A DNA stretch of 64,000 nt from positions 558,001 to 622,000 of the forward strand of contig OZ237751.1 of the NCBI GenBank assembly GCA_965178125.1. Direction: 5' to 3'. The DNA is from Bilabrum cf. latius (Eukaryota). Both the position numbers and the translations under genes were made by a program. This document shows, piece after piece, positions 53,201 to 64,000 of the stretch. Every line of letters starts with the position of its first letter. Positions within the stretch are counted from its first letter, which is position 1. Under the pieces are notes generated by a model. That model worked only from the letters and a program-made list of their open reading frames with translations. It had not been told where the DNA came from and did not search any database.

Positions 53201-55156
53201 GACAACCCCTCCAAAACGCTCAACTCAGCTGCAGGCGACAGGCTGCTGAAGCTCGCGTGCCTGTCGTACACTATTTTGCTACAAGCTAGCGGGCAGCAGG
53301 GCAAGCTGTCAAGGGCAGCGCAGGCAGAGGCGTACGAGCTGCTGGCAGCTCTGCTTGCATCCATCCCGTCGAGCACGACCTCGCTACTGGTGGCACGGCT
53401 CAAATGCGTGCTACGAGCCATGCAGCTTCGTCTCGCGGTCGGACTGGCACTTCCAGCCGGAGACACCAGGGCTCGGCACCTCCAGCGAACCACAGAGCTC
53501 GCGGCTAGTTCGATCGGCCTGACCCAAGAGGCCCGCGGCAGGCTGCAGTCGCATCTGCAGCAGGGAGGCATAGCCTCTGCTGGGACCATGCAGGCCGCGA
53601 GCTGGAAGGCAGTAGACCAGCAGCTCAAGGCAGCAGCGCTCTCAGGCGCAAACGGCCTCGAGGTCTTCTTTCCCGAGCCAGAGCTTGCACCTGGCGCCGT
53701 GGGGGCGCTGTCCGCCCTGGACTCCGATCAGTCTGACTCGGCCGCAAGTGCAGCCTTGGAGGTGCTGCACGCTCTTGCCGCCTCTTCTGCAGCCATGGCT
53801 TTCCACGCGAAGGCAGCCCAACCTGTAAGCGCGGTCTCGAACGAGAGACTGGCAGATGCAGCGAAGCAGCTTTCAGAGCAGTATCCGCAGCATCCAACCG
53901 TGCTGGGGTATGCCGCAGCAGCCGCATTCAAGAGCGATGGCAGGGTCCCGGTGGCCGTGAAGGCACTCGCGCTGTAGCTGCAGGTCCTCCTGCGGTCTGC
54001 ACACCGCAGTGGGGAGGTGCTGGCGTCGGTGACCACGCAGCTGATCCGGTGTACTACTGCCCCTAGCAAGAAGCTCAAGTGGATTGCACAGGCCGCGCAG
54101 CTCCATGCAGATTCTGCCCTGCACCCGCCGTTTCCCGACGCCGCCTTGGATGGGATTGCGGTAGACTGCTGGAATTTTGGCGTGTCGCTGCTGCAGTCGC
54201 TCAGCTACAAGCCCGCTCTTGAGTTCCTGAGGCAAGCCATGGCCATGAGGCACAGCTGCGAGACGGTGCTGGGGAGGGAGGCTGAGCTCGCGCACAGCAT
54301 CAAGGTCGTGCAAGCGCTTGCAATGGGAAGGTCTCCCCCGGCCAGGGTGGTGGGGCAGCTCAGTCGGAATGAGGCAGCTGCTGCGGTGCCTGGCAGAAGC
54401 ATGGCCCGGACTTCTGGGAGCTCTGCCCCCATGGACGCTGCTGATGCTGCTGGTAAGCCATCAGGTGCCGGCAGTGGCCTTGATGCTAGTAGCAGTAGCA
54501 GTAGCGGTGATGGTGGTGGGGATATTGCCATGTTGGCCGCCGCCACCGTCGCATCCAAAGCTGGATCGACCGCTGCGCAACATGCGGAAGGCGCCGAGGG
54601 TGTGGAGTGCGGTGGAGAGGTGGAGGATCCCTCAGCTGCTGGGACCACCTCACCTGCAGCAGGAGGTTCGAGTGGGTCTGGTGCAGCGATTGCATCGACT
54701 GCTGTTGCACATCTTGCGTCTGACGCAGAGGGTAGGCAAGCTGTCACTGGCAGTGGCAAGAGCCCGCAACGGGAGGCTGCGGCGGCTGCTGCCGGGAGCA
54801 GCCCCGGGGATCAAGAAGGCGATGAGGGCGCTGCGACTCCAAAGAAGAAGAACTCCAATGAGTACAGTGCACTCCACGGTGCGAGAGAACCGCCAGCTCG
54901 GCGGGAGCCGGCACTCGGTAAGAAGCGAGGTCGAGAGGATGAGCTGGCTGGCGATGCACAGGAGGGCTTCGATGGAGACTCTGCCGCTCCACGAGACGAC
55001 ACCTAGCAGAAGGATGCGATTAGAGCTGATGAGCACGGAGGAGCCGACCGTGATGATCTTGAGGGAGAGGCCTAGGAGATGGATGAAGACGGCACGGAGA
55101 AGGCGGAGGTTCGAGCATCGAAAAGGTTCCGAACCGAGCCACCAGCCGAACTCTGA
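50231..55156 (+). CDS. Large helical TPR-like protein, probable ZIP4/SPO22/TEX11 homolog (~1641 aa, single frame)
   Basis: All ORF-track fragments 50465-55006 share one frame separated only by TAG (~14). TPR-like ALAQKRFKEAARLCEYHL...LAVSRTGDTDRAVETAKAA; C-terminal FPDAALDGIAVDCWNFGV resembles the ZIP4/TEX11 'P..E..WL...WN.G' segment from memory; ends TGA. Confidence 0.55.
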
Positions 55157-55312
55157 GCACCAGCCGGGACATCAATCTGACTCTGAGATGGTCGATAATA
55201 TTTAATACTGTTCGCTGAAATTTCAATCGCAGTTTGTTTCAAGCAACGTGTGACGAGAGCTTCTATAGAAACTTTTAATTGCCCGCACACACCGAATTTT
55301 AAGCAACCGGCA

Positions 55313-57777
55313 ATGATTGGTCTACTTGATGCATGCTTATTAGTGCTGCCATTTGTGGTCACGTTTGTGTACTTGTTCTGCAGTCCTGGAACCAAGGTGG
55401 AAGAAAGTTTCAATCTGCAGGCAACTCATGATATCATTTACCACGGCTTCGATCTCGATTCAGTGAGAAACTCCATACCACAATGTGTCTTACCTATTGT
55501 TATATCAGCAACACTAGAATTTCTGCGACCAACCCTTCTTTTTTTATGCAGTATGATCACTTGGAGTTTCCAGGTGTGGTACCGCGAACATTTCTTGGGC
55601 CGATCGCCTTGGCTGTACTTGCCAAGCCCATTCAAACAGTGCTTAGTTTTATCGGAGATGAGATTGCCGAGAAGGCACTGATGCAGCTTGTGGTCCGGGT
55701 GCTGCTTGGCGGCTTGGTATGCATGGCTATTGCTCGGCTGGCATTGTCCGTAAGGCGCACGATGGGTGCTATAGCCATGCGCACGATGCTGCTAGGAGTC
55801 TGCTGTACGTTTCACTTCTGTTTTTACGCGTCGCGGCCGCTGCCAAACACGTTCGCGACCGTGCTGATGACGTACGCGGCTTCGATCTACCTGGACACAC
55901 GAGGAGCAAAAGGAGCCGGCTGGACAGGAGAGTGGGTGGTGCAGCTCGGGTGCCTCGTGGCTGCCGCTGGTCTATTCCGGTGCGACATGATCATGCTCGC
56001 AGTTCCCATGCTCCTGATGCAGCTGCTCAGAGGAAGGGTACAGCTGGTGCCCCTCATTGCTTGGGGGCTCCTCCTCTCGGCTGGGCTGGTCGGCTTGAGC
56101 GTTGCCGTCGACTCGTTCTTCTGGCGACGATGGCTCTGGCCTGAGGGGGAGGTCTTCTTCTTCAACGCGATCCTAGACAAATCGAGCCAGTGGGGTGTGT
56201 CACCGTGGCACTGGTACGGGACACACGCCCTTCCAAAAGGAGCGATGGTTTGGTTCCCACTGGCTGTCGCCGCACCGATCGCTGGGACGGTGGCTCGATC
56301 TCTGTTGTGCTGCTGCTACCGGAGGCAGCGCACCGAAGGAGCCAAAATGCTTCGTGGTGATGCCGCAAAGAGTGATGCATCTGGAGGGCCCGGGGTCATC
56401 GGGACCTGGGTCAGCTTGCCGCTCGAGTCGTCCTTGTCATCGGGCCTGCAAGCACTCGGGATCGACCTGGGTGAAGGATTGCTTGATGCGTGGTTTCCGG
56501 CTGTGTTCTTCGTATTGCTATACAGTCGGCTGCCTCACAAAGAGCTGAGATTTCTGCTGCCTGCCTTCCCTCTGGTCTTCGCCTCGGCCGGCGCTGCTGT
56601 AGGAGCGGTGCTGGGCGAGACATCGACCATGTGGGCTGCGAGACAAGCGCTGGATATTTCGTTAGACGGTCCGGCTGACAGCAAGAAATCAGACACCAAC
56701 TCTATCGAGCACGAACAGGGCAAGGGGCAGACGGTAACGGACAAGGATACCTCTGGCGGCAATTCGACATCGGATTCGAAGGACACTCAAGAGTTGCGGA
56801 GGCGTCGCCGCAAAGCAGCAAGTAAGGAAGAAAGCGTCGATGAACCGGCCAAAAATCCAATGAATGCACCTGCTGTAGATAGCGGTGCGGGCTCGAGTCG
56901 AGCACTGCTGGGGACTCGATTAGCCACTCGCCCAGAAGCATCCTTTGCCTTGCGAGCCACTGCGACTGCAGGACTAGCGTTCTGCTCGCTGATTGCAGCG
57001 TCGCTGTCCGTTGGAGTGTTCCTGCAAGCAGCAAAACAGAATTACCCCGGGTATGACGCCATGAGATGGGTCGACCGAAATTGCGGTTTCTTGGCAGCAG
57101 CTGCTCTGCGAGGTGCCGGGTTCTCAAGGCAAGCGAAATTGACCGGCGAACTGCCCGGATGGGTAGTGCATGCTGGCTAGAATGATGACAGTGAGATGAG
57201 TGGTATTTCTATCCAGTTGCATGTTGATGTTGCATCTGCCGAGCAGGGCGTGAGTCGATTTCTCGAGCCGAGACTTGGGTTCGTGTGCGTTGCGATCGGC
57301 GGCAGCGACTCTCCTCGGGTGCATGACGGTGATTTAATCGACTGGCTTGGAGCATCGGGCGTGGCTGCGGCAAGGCGTGCCACTGCCTGTACGCAGACGG
57401 AGAATGGCAGGAGCGCAGCCCAGGTGCTTCGGGTGCCGGTTCGGCTTGACATCAATAAGACGGAGGGGCTCGGTGCCGCCGAAATGGGCGGATTTGGGGC
57501 AGCGCTGCACTCGGTCTAGTCCAAGACGGTGCGGAAACGGAGGGGGCGCGAGCTAGAGGAGGGCAAGATCGCAAGCTGGCGGCCAGTAAAGCGATTCTCT
57601 AGATTTGACCGAATGCAATTTTCATCATTTGGTGAGCTGCGGTCCATTTGGGCCGGCTTGGCGACCGCTGCACTGCCTGGTGACGGCTCGTTGGCCGGAG
57701 GACTTCGAGCTGTGCTCGCTGCTGTGCTGCCGCGCGCGATTGCGAGGCCTGAGCTGGCTGTGAGCGTCCCGGAGTAA
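55313..57777 (+). CDS. ALG12: Dol-P-Man alpha-1,6-mannosyltransferase ALG12 (GT22)
   Basis: [16 protein letters not shown]...[16 protein letters not shown] (intron ~55463-55551), [15 protein letters not shown]...[38 protein letters not shown] at 57178 and 57517; ends TAA. Confidence 0.93.
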
Positions 57778-57938
57778 TATTAAGTCGTGGATCTAATTCA
57801 CAGATCACTAGCTGCTCATCCAATACGGTTTCGTTTAACTTGCCGTTACGCCGTCGAACCTGCTTTTTACCCTCTTGAAGCAACGTGCCTTGCACTAAAA
57901 GCCACATTCTCTAAGCAAGTCCCACTCCGATCCAGCTC

Positions 57939-58393
57939 TCACGTCTTCACTCCCGGGTGATACCGTGCCATGTGTGCCTTCAGGAGTGTCTTACTCGTGG
58001 TCTCATGCCCGCACTCCGAGCACCGATGCATCACGCCCAGATGCATCGCCCGCACGTGCCGCGTCACATGGCCCCTCTGCACATCCACATACTCGCAGCC
58101 AGGGCAGCACCACACAGGACGGTCACGCGCGTGCTGCTGCATGTGTTGCCGGAGATTGCCAGGCTGCGACGCCCGCACTGGACACGTGGATCCGCCAGGC
58201 AGCTGCAGTCCGCACGCGTAGTATCCTCCCGTGTGCTTGCGCTGGTGTCTGGCGCTGTTGTCCTTGGCATCGCCCTTCCTCCCCGCATGTGTGGGCTTGA
58301 GGCAGTCCGCGCACAGGGCCGTCCACGGCTTGGCGCTGCGTCGGGGGTCCTTGGCGGGCCCGGCCATGGCCTGGCGGTGCATGGCGGCGTGTC
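57939..58393 (-). pseudogene. 5'-truncated copy (or alternative 3' cassette) of the C2H2 zinc-finger exon
   Basis: Four fingers, open frame and TGA at the same position as in the 61368 gene; upstream similarity ends abruptly at ~58393. Confidence 0.55.
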
Positions 58394-59952
58394 TTGAACC
58401 TAGACTACAGATCAGATTTGTTCCTTCAACCACACCCATTGGCGCGTCTTCACGGCTGCTGCAAATCCCACTGGTTGGCAGTTACCAAAAAGAAAAATTC
58501 CTGCCCCCGGTCCCGCGGACCCACTGGGCTTCACCCCGAACGACTGGTTCTTCAGCGGTCCACCTGAATGCGGTATTCATCTGACACTACGAATGTACAC
58601 ACCACTTTCCCCATGCACCCGACTGGCCTTGTCGCCACATGGCTTCCTGTTCCTGTTCCCCGCCCTAGGGACCGTGTGCTTTGCTCCCAGCATCGCCACC
58701 TTGGCCCTATCCTTTCAGCTTGCACGCGCCGGTCCTGGCCGACCTGCCGTGCGCCCCATCTGTCCACCCACCTGTTGGCCTTCTGCGTGCTGCTGGCCAT
58801 GCAGTCCGCTGCCACCCGCGTCTCCCTCGTGCCTTGCACCTGGAGCCCCCATTCCTCCCGTTGTGTTCTCCCTGTTGACACCGCACTGTCGTCGCCTGTG
58901 CCGGTGTCCCCCTCTTCTTCTCCACCTCCTGTCCTCCCACCTCGTCTTCCGTCTCACCTCTGCTCCCCGTTGCTTCAATCCTGATGTCCGAGTACATATA
59001 ACAGGATCTGACGTGTGCCCGCAGCTGGTGTATGTGTGGGAAGGTGGTGTTGCACTCGGGGGCGTGGCAGGACCGGAGGGCGGGGGCCAGTGTGGATGTG
59101 CTGCTGTGATCGTTGCCTTGATCGGAGTGTGGCACGATCCACGTCTTGGTGGCAGTGGCGATGCGGGGCTGCATATCATCGATGGCGGCGTCGATGATGG
59201 GCGTTGTGCAGGTATCGCGGGCGAGCTGCTGCGGTGTGAGGCTTGTGCGGGGCTGCCATGGGATGCAGAAGAAAACTTCCTGCCCCCGGTCCCGCGGACC
59301 CACTGGGCTTCACCCCGAAGGACTGGTTCTTCAGCGGTCCACCTGAATGCGGTATTCATCTGACACTACGAATGTACACACCACTTTCCCCATGCACCCG
59401 ACTGGCCTCGTCGCCACATGGCTTCCTGTTCCTGTTCCCCGCCCTAGGGACCGTGTGCTTTGCTCCCAGCATCGCCACCTTGGCCCTATCCTTTCAGCTT
59501 GCACGCGCCGGTCCTGGCCGACCTGCCGTGCGCCCCATCTGTCCACCCACCTGTTGGCCTTCTGCGTGCTGCTGGCCATGCAGTCCGCTGCCACCCGCGT
59601 CTCCCTCGTGCCTTGCACCTGGAGCCCCCATTCCTCCCGTTGTGTTCTCCCTGTTGACACCGCACTGTCGTCGCCTGTGCCGGTGTCCCCCTCTTCTTCT
59701 CCACCTCCTGTCCTCCCACCTCGTCTTCCGTCTCACCTCTGCTCCCCGTTGCTTCAATCCTGATGTCCGAGTACATATAACAGCTTCCTAGTGTGATGGA
59801 CAATTGGACTACACGAGATGATTGCGATGCTCTTTGTGGGTGATTGCGTGTATGCTAGCTGGCTATGGATAGCACACGATACTCGCTTGCAATCCAATCG
59901 CCTCCCATGATTGGGCCTCATTCTCTCCACAAGTCCCACTCCGATCCAGCTC

Positions 59953-60672
59953 TCACGTCTTCACTCCCGGGTGACACTGTGCCATGTGCGCCTTCAGGTA
60001 TGTCTTCCTCGTGGTCTCATGCCCGCACTCTGAGCACCGATGCATCACGCCCAGATGCATCGCCCGCACGTGCTGCCTCACGTTGGCCCTGTTCACATCC
60101 ACATACTCGCAGCCAGGGCAGCACCACACAGGACGGTCACGCGCGTGCTGCTGCATGTGGCGCCGGAGATTGCCAGGCTCCGACTTCCGCACTGGACACG
60201 TGGATCCGTCAGGTAGCTGCAGTCCGCACGCGTAGTGTCCTCCCGTGTGCTTGCGCTGGTGTCTGGCGCTGTTGTCCTTGGCATGGCCCTTCCTCCCCGC
60301 ATGTGTGGGCTTGAGGCAGTCCGCGCACAGGGCCGTCCACGGCTTGGCGCTGCGTCGGGGGTCCTCGGCGGGCCCGGCCATGGCCTGGCGGTACATGGCG
60401 GCGTGCCTGGATCTGACGTGTGCCCGCAGCTGGTGTATGTGTGGGAAGGTGGTGTTGCACTCGGGGGCGTGGCAGGACCTGAGGGCGGGGGCCAGTGTGG
60501 ATGTGCTGCTGTGATCGTTGCCTTGATCCGAGTGTGGCACGATCCACGTCTTGGTGGCAGTGGCGATGCGGGGCTGCATATCGTCGATGGCGGCGTCGAT
60601 GATGGGCGTTGTGCAGGCATCGCGAGCGAGCTGCTGAGGTGTGAGGCTTGTGCGGGGCTGCCATGGGATGCA
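59953..60672 (-). pseudogene. Second 5'-truncated copy (or alternative 3' cassette) of the C2H2 zinc-finger exon
   Basis: Five fingers, open frame, TGA at the homologous site; upstream replaced by unrelated repeat modules. Confidence 0.55.
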
Positions 60673-61367
60673 ATGATGCTTCCTAGTGTGATGAACAGTC
60701 GGACTACACGAGATGATTGCGATGCTTATTGTGGTTGATTGCGTGTATGCTAGCTGCATATGGATAGCACACGATACTCGCTTTGAACCAAGAAAAATTC
60801 CTGCCCCCGGTCCCGCGGACCCACTGGGCTTCACCCCGAACGACTGGTTCTTCACCGGTCCACCTGAATGCGGTATTCATCTGACACTACGAATGTACAC
60901 ACCACTTTCCCCATGCACCCGACTGGCCTCGTCGCCACATGGCTTCCTGTTCCTGTTCCCCGCCCTAGGGACCGTGTGCTTTGCTCCCAGCATCGCCACC
61001 TTGGCCCTATCCTTTCAGCTTGCACGCGCCGGTCCTGGCCGACCTGCCGTGCGCCCCATCTGTCCACCCACCTGTTGGCCTTCTGCGTGCTGCTGGCCAT
61101 GCAGTCCGCTGCCACCCGCGTCTCCCTCGTGCCTTGCACCTGGAGCCCCCATTCCTCCCGTTGTGTTCTCCCTGTTGACACCGCACTGTCGTCGCCTGTG
61201 CCGGTGTCCCCCTCTTCTTCTCCACCTCCTGTCCTCCCGCCTCGTCTTCCGTCTCACCTCTGCTCCCCGTTGCTTCAATCCTGATGTCCGAGTACATATA
61301 ACAGCAATCCATTCGCCTCCCATAATTGGGCCTCATTCTCTCCACAAGTCCCACTCCGATCCAGCTC

Positions 61368-64000
61368 TCACGTCTTCACTCCCGGGTGACACTGTGCCAT
61401 GTGCGCCTTCAGGTATGTCTTCCTCGTGGTCTCATGCCCGCACTCTGAGCACCGATGCATCACGCCCAGATGCATCGCGCGGACGTGCCGCCTCACAACG
61501 CCCCTCTGCACATCCACATACTCGCAGCCAGGGCAGCACCACACAGGACGGTCACGCGCGTGCTGCTGCATGTGTTGCCGGAGATTGCCAGGCTGCGACG
61601 CCCGCACTGGACACGTGGATCCGTCAGGTAGCTGCAGTCCGCACGCGTAGTATCCTCCCGTGTGCTTGCGCTGGTGGCTGGCGCTGTGTTGCTTGGCATG
61701 GGCCTTCGTCCCCGCATGTGTGGGCTTGAGGCAGTCCGCGCACAGGGCCGTCCACGGCTTGGCGCTGCGTCGGGGGTCCTTGGCGGGCCCGGCCATGGCC
61801 TGGCGGTGCATGGCGGCGTGTCTGGATCTGACGTGTGCCCGCAGCTGGTGTATGTGTGGGAAGGTGGTGTTGCACTCGGGGGCGTGGCAGGACCTGAGGG
61901 CGGGGGCCAGTGTGGATGTGGTGCTGTGATCGTTGCCTTGATCCGAGTGTGGCACGATCCACGTCTTGGTGGCAGTGGCGATGCGGGGCTGCATATCGTC
62001 GATGGCGGCGTCGATGATGGGCGTTGTGCAGGCATCACGAGCGAGCTGCTGCGGTGTGAGGCTTGTGCGGGGCTGCCATGTGATGCTGTCCAACATGCCA
62101 GCGTCAGCGTCAGCTCGAGCACGCATAGAGATGCTTGTAGGTGCAGTAACCCGGCCTCGTCGCTGCGGCTTGCGAGCCGGGACCAGGCTCTGGGGCATGT
62201 AGTCAGGTATGTCGTTGACTTCAATCCCATCCGACGCGTCACAGTCGCCGTCCGACTCGCACGAGCCTGGCTCGCTGACGACCACATCATCCATTGAATG
62301 TGCTCCATGAGCCGCGTCGTCCTTTGCCTGAATGCGTGCTTCAAAGCTCCTGTATCCGGAGTCAGAGCTATCGTCCCCAGCATCACTGCTGCTGCTGCTG
62401 CTGTTGGATCTGGAACTTGCGATGGACGCTCCGTCCTCGCCGCTTGATGAGACCTCCTCATCCGAGAAACCAGAACGCATACCAGCACGATTGATGCGGG
62501 ATTCGCTTGCCGCAGATGAGTCAGATTGTGAAGTCCATCCCGAATCAGAAGCAGACGACACCTCCGAGGACTCAGACGAGGCGTCTCGACGCCATTGTTT
62601 GCCACGCCCCCGAGTTGTGCCATCGTGAAATCGACCGAGCTGCTTGCTCATTGCCACACTCTCAGCTAGCTTCACCAGCTTGCAAGCGGTGTGTTCTCTT
62701 TCTGAAATAGCAGATGCCCCCATCGGAAGGCTTGGCGTGCTACTTGCATCGGGCCCTTCACGCTCCGAAGTGGATCTCATCCACCGATCGATTGCTTTGC
62801 CAGGCGACACCGACCCATGCCGAAGCTGTCGCACAATGCGCCTGCGCCGCTTGAAGTACTTGAAGAGGCCTTCATCACGATCTTGAATGGCTGTGTGAAA
62901 GTCAAGCGAAGGTATTGGCCAATCACTGGGATCATCACCTTCCCTGTTGCATGGCTCTACCGAAAGCGATCGGAATCTTGCTACTGCACTTGCCGTCCTG
63001 TCTGTGCTTCGCTCAAACCCCACTCCGAGATACCCCTTAGTCTGGACGTTGATGCCATGCAGAAGAGTTGGATGGCTGTCTAAAGATACTACATGATGGG
63101 TCGTAGATCTAGAGTCATGATCCGATACCCACAGCTAGCTCAGCGCAGAGCGACAAGCTGTGGCCCAGTCCAATCGAGCCCTATCCTATGACCGACTCCC
63201 TGACTTTTCAGAGTTGGGTTGTGCGTCACATGGATTGCATGGATCCGAGGGCTCGTTAAGCATGCTATATTCAGAACCACCAGCTGAAGGCTGCTATCTC
63301 GCTGCATGGAAAAGTGCACCGAGCGGCTAGTCGTACCTTGTTGACGGCTTAAGATCACTAGACTCGGACCGTTGCTCCTTGAGCAGCACGTCCAGCCAGT
63401 GCACACCATTCAGCTCAATGCTCAGGCTGGCTTCATCGTTGCGGTACACCGCCCGCCTGAGCTTCTGGTATTGCGACAGTGCAGTGCAGAGAATGTCGAC
63501 GGCTAGGAGACGCGCAACGACGTCCTGAATGCGATCAATACTGCCACCATTCGCATGGCTTGTAGCATGTTTACGTCTGTGCAACAATAGCTAAGCTGCT
63601 GATAGTGCACCTATGGATTGCAATTGCTGTCGCCAAGGCATCAGCTCCCCGTCCTGCCATTCCTCGACCCCATCAGGCACAAGAGCTGATGAAGACCTGA
63701 CGAACCACTCTATCTGCTGCCTCGACGCAAAACGCACGTGTACGAATACAAGCCGCTAGACTCTACTGTTTTGCATTGACTGGGTAACCTCATCCGGAGC
63801 ATAGAAGCCAAGCTGGTGCTTGGCCAGGCAGCCACGAATGGCCGAGCAGACCTTCTTCTTCCACCAGTTGGCCGACGAGCTGGGCCGAAGCAGCGTGCTC
63901 AGTAGCTGAGCCGTCGACTACTTTGGCTCAGCTGTTATGATGCGACCATTATCAAGTTCAGTCAACAGCGCGGTAGATCGAACCGCTTGCCACATGCTGG
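61368..64000 (-). CDS. Protein with C-terminal five-finger C2H2 zinc-finger array (5' end beyond window)
   Basis: CHAPEC...H...H, CADC...HQRKHTG, C...C...HMQQH, CPGC...HVRAMH, CSEC...HMAQCH; with TAG as sense the frame stays open from 64000 to TGA at 61368 (~7 TAG between 63135 and 63920). Confidence 0.8.

Larger units (their letters stand above)
57915..62080. repeat. Mosaic segmental repeat region: three zinc-finger cassettes plus interspersed modules
   Basis: ZnF module at ~57915-58393, 59890-60409 and 61305-61824; ~265-bp module at 59005, 60410, 61825; ~510-bp module at 58494, 59273, 60794 (identical ORF text at 58552/59331/60852); ~105-bp module at 59784 and 60679. Confidence 0.92.

Noticed and set aside
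128-57500. Many long antisense or alternate-frame ORFs in the track (e.g. 3367-4293 +, 4674-5669 +, 8863-9693 +, 20753-21610 +, 52795-53628 -)
   Set aside because: Shadow ORFs expected from high GC and codon bias opposite real genes; no recognisable motifs.
58552-61729. ORFs within the ~510-bp repeated module as real genes or a transposase
   Set aside because: Low-complexity translations in all frames with no transposase, RT or integrase motifs; they repeat only because the DNA repeats.
1-64000. Region of mass pseudogenisation or sequencing errors explaining the internal stops
   Set aside because: Interruptions are exclusively TAG, with no frameshifts or TAA/TGA. They occur in housekeeping genes (VPS53, ALG12) and fall on conserved Gln columns.
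1-64000. Ciliate-type code with both TAA and TAG = Gln
   Set aside because: No in-frame TAA was found in any exon I traced, and TAA ends VPS53, the K+ channel and ALG12 just before intergenic DNA.
1-64000. Pyrrolysine insertion or A-to-I editing of UAG to UGG (Trp)
   Set aside because: Diagnostic sites require Gln, not Trp or Pyl, and TAGs are abundant in Gln-rich, low-complexity segments (e.g. HQQHRQH[TAG]QQH at 42225).
1-64000. Suppressor tRNA-Gln(CUA), eRF1 or rRNA genes
   Set aside because: No cloverleaf with A/B boxes, release-factor motifs or rRNA-like sequence was recognised in the short intergenic gaps.

Overview
Very gene-dense, GC-rich eukaryotic (protist-like) nuclear DNA with about 21 protein-coding genes, short GT-AG introns and intergenic gaps often under 300 bp. 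The dominant signal is a non-standard nuclear genetic code. Every gene is interrupted by in-frame TAG codons (roughly 120 by hand count), several at conserved Gln positions (SulP P-Q-x-MAYA, PPT1 G-x-S-Q-G, MER3, HAP2, VPS53, DHHC, SMC Q-loop). The 20 gene ends reached in the window are TGA (17) or TAA (3), and I found no in-frame TAA/TGA inside exons. So TAG most likely encodes Gln while TAA/TGA stay stops (translation-table-15-like), and the supplied standard-code ORF track fragments every gene. Under this code the window holds a block of sex/meiosis genes (MER3/HFM1, HAP2/GCS1, a probable ZIP4/SPO22) interleaved with an HSF-type factor and a divergent SMC. At the right end is a shuffled array of duplicated C2H2 zinc-finger cassettes whose differences concentrate at DNA-contact residues. 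All family assignments are from motif recognition by eye; no database search was run, and the organism is not identified.
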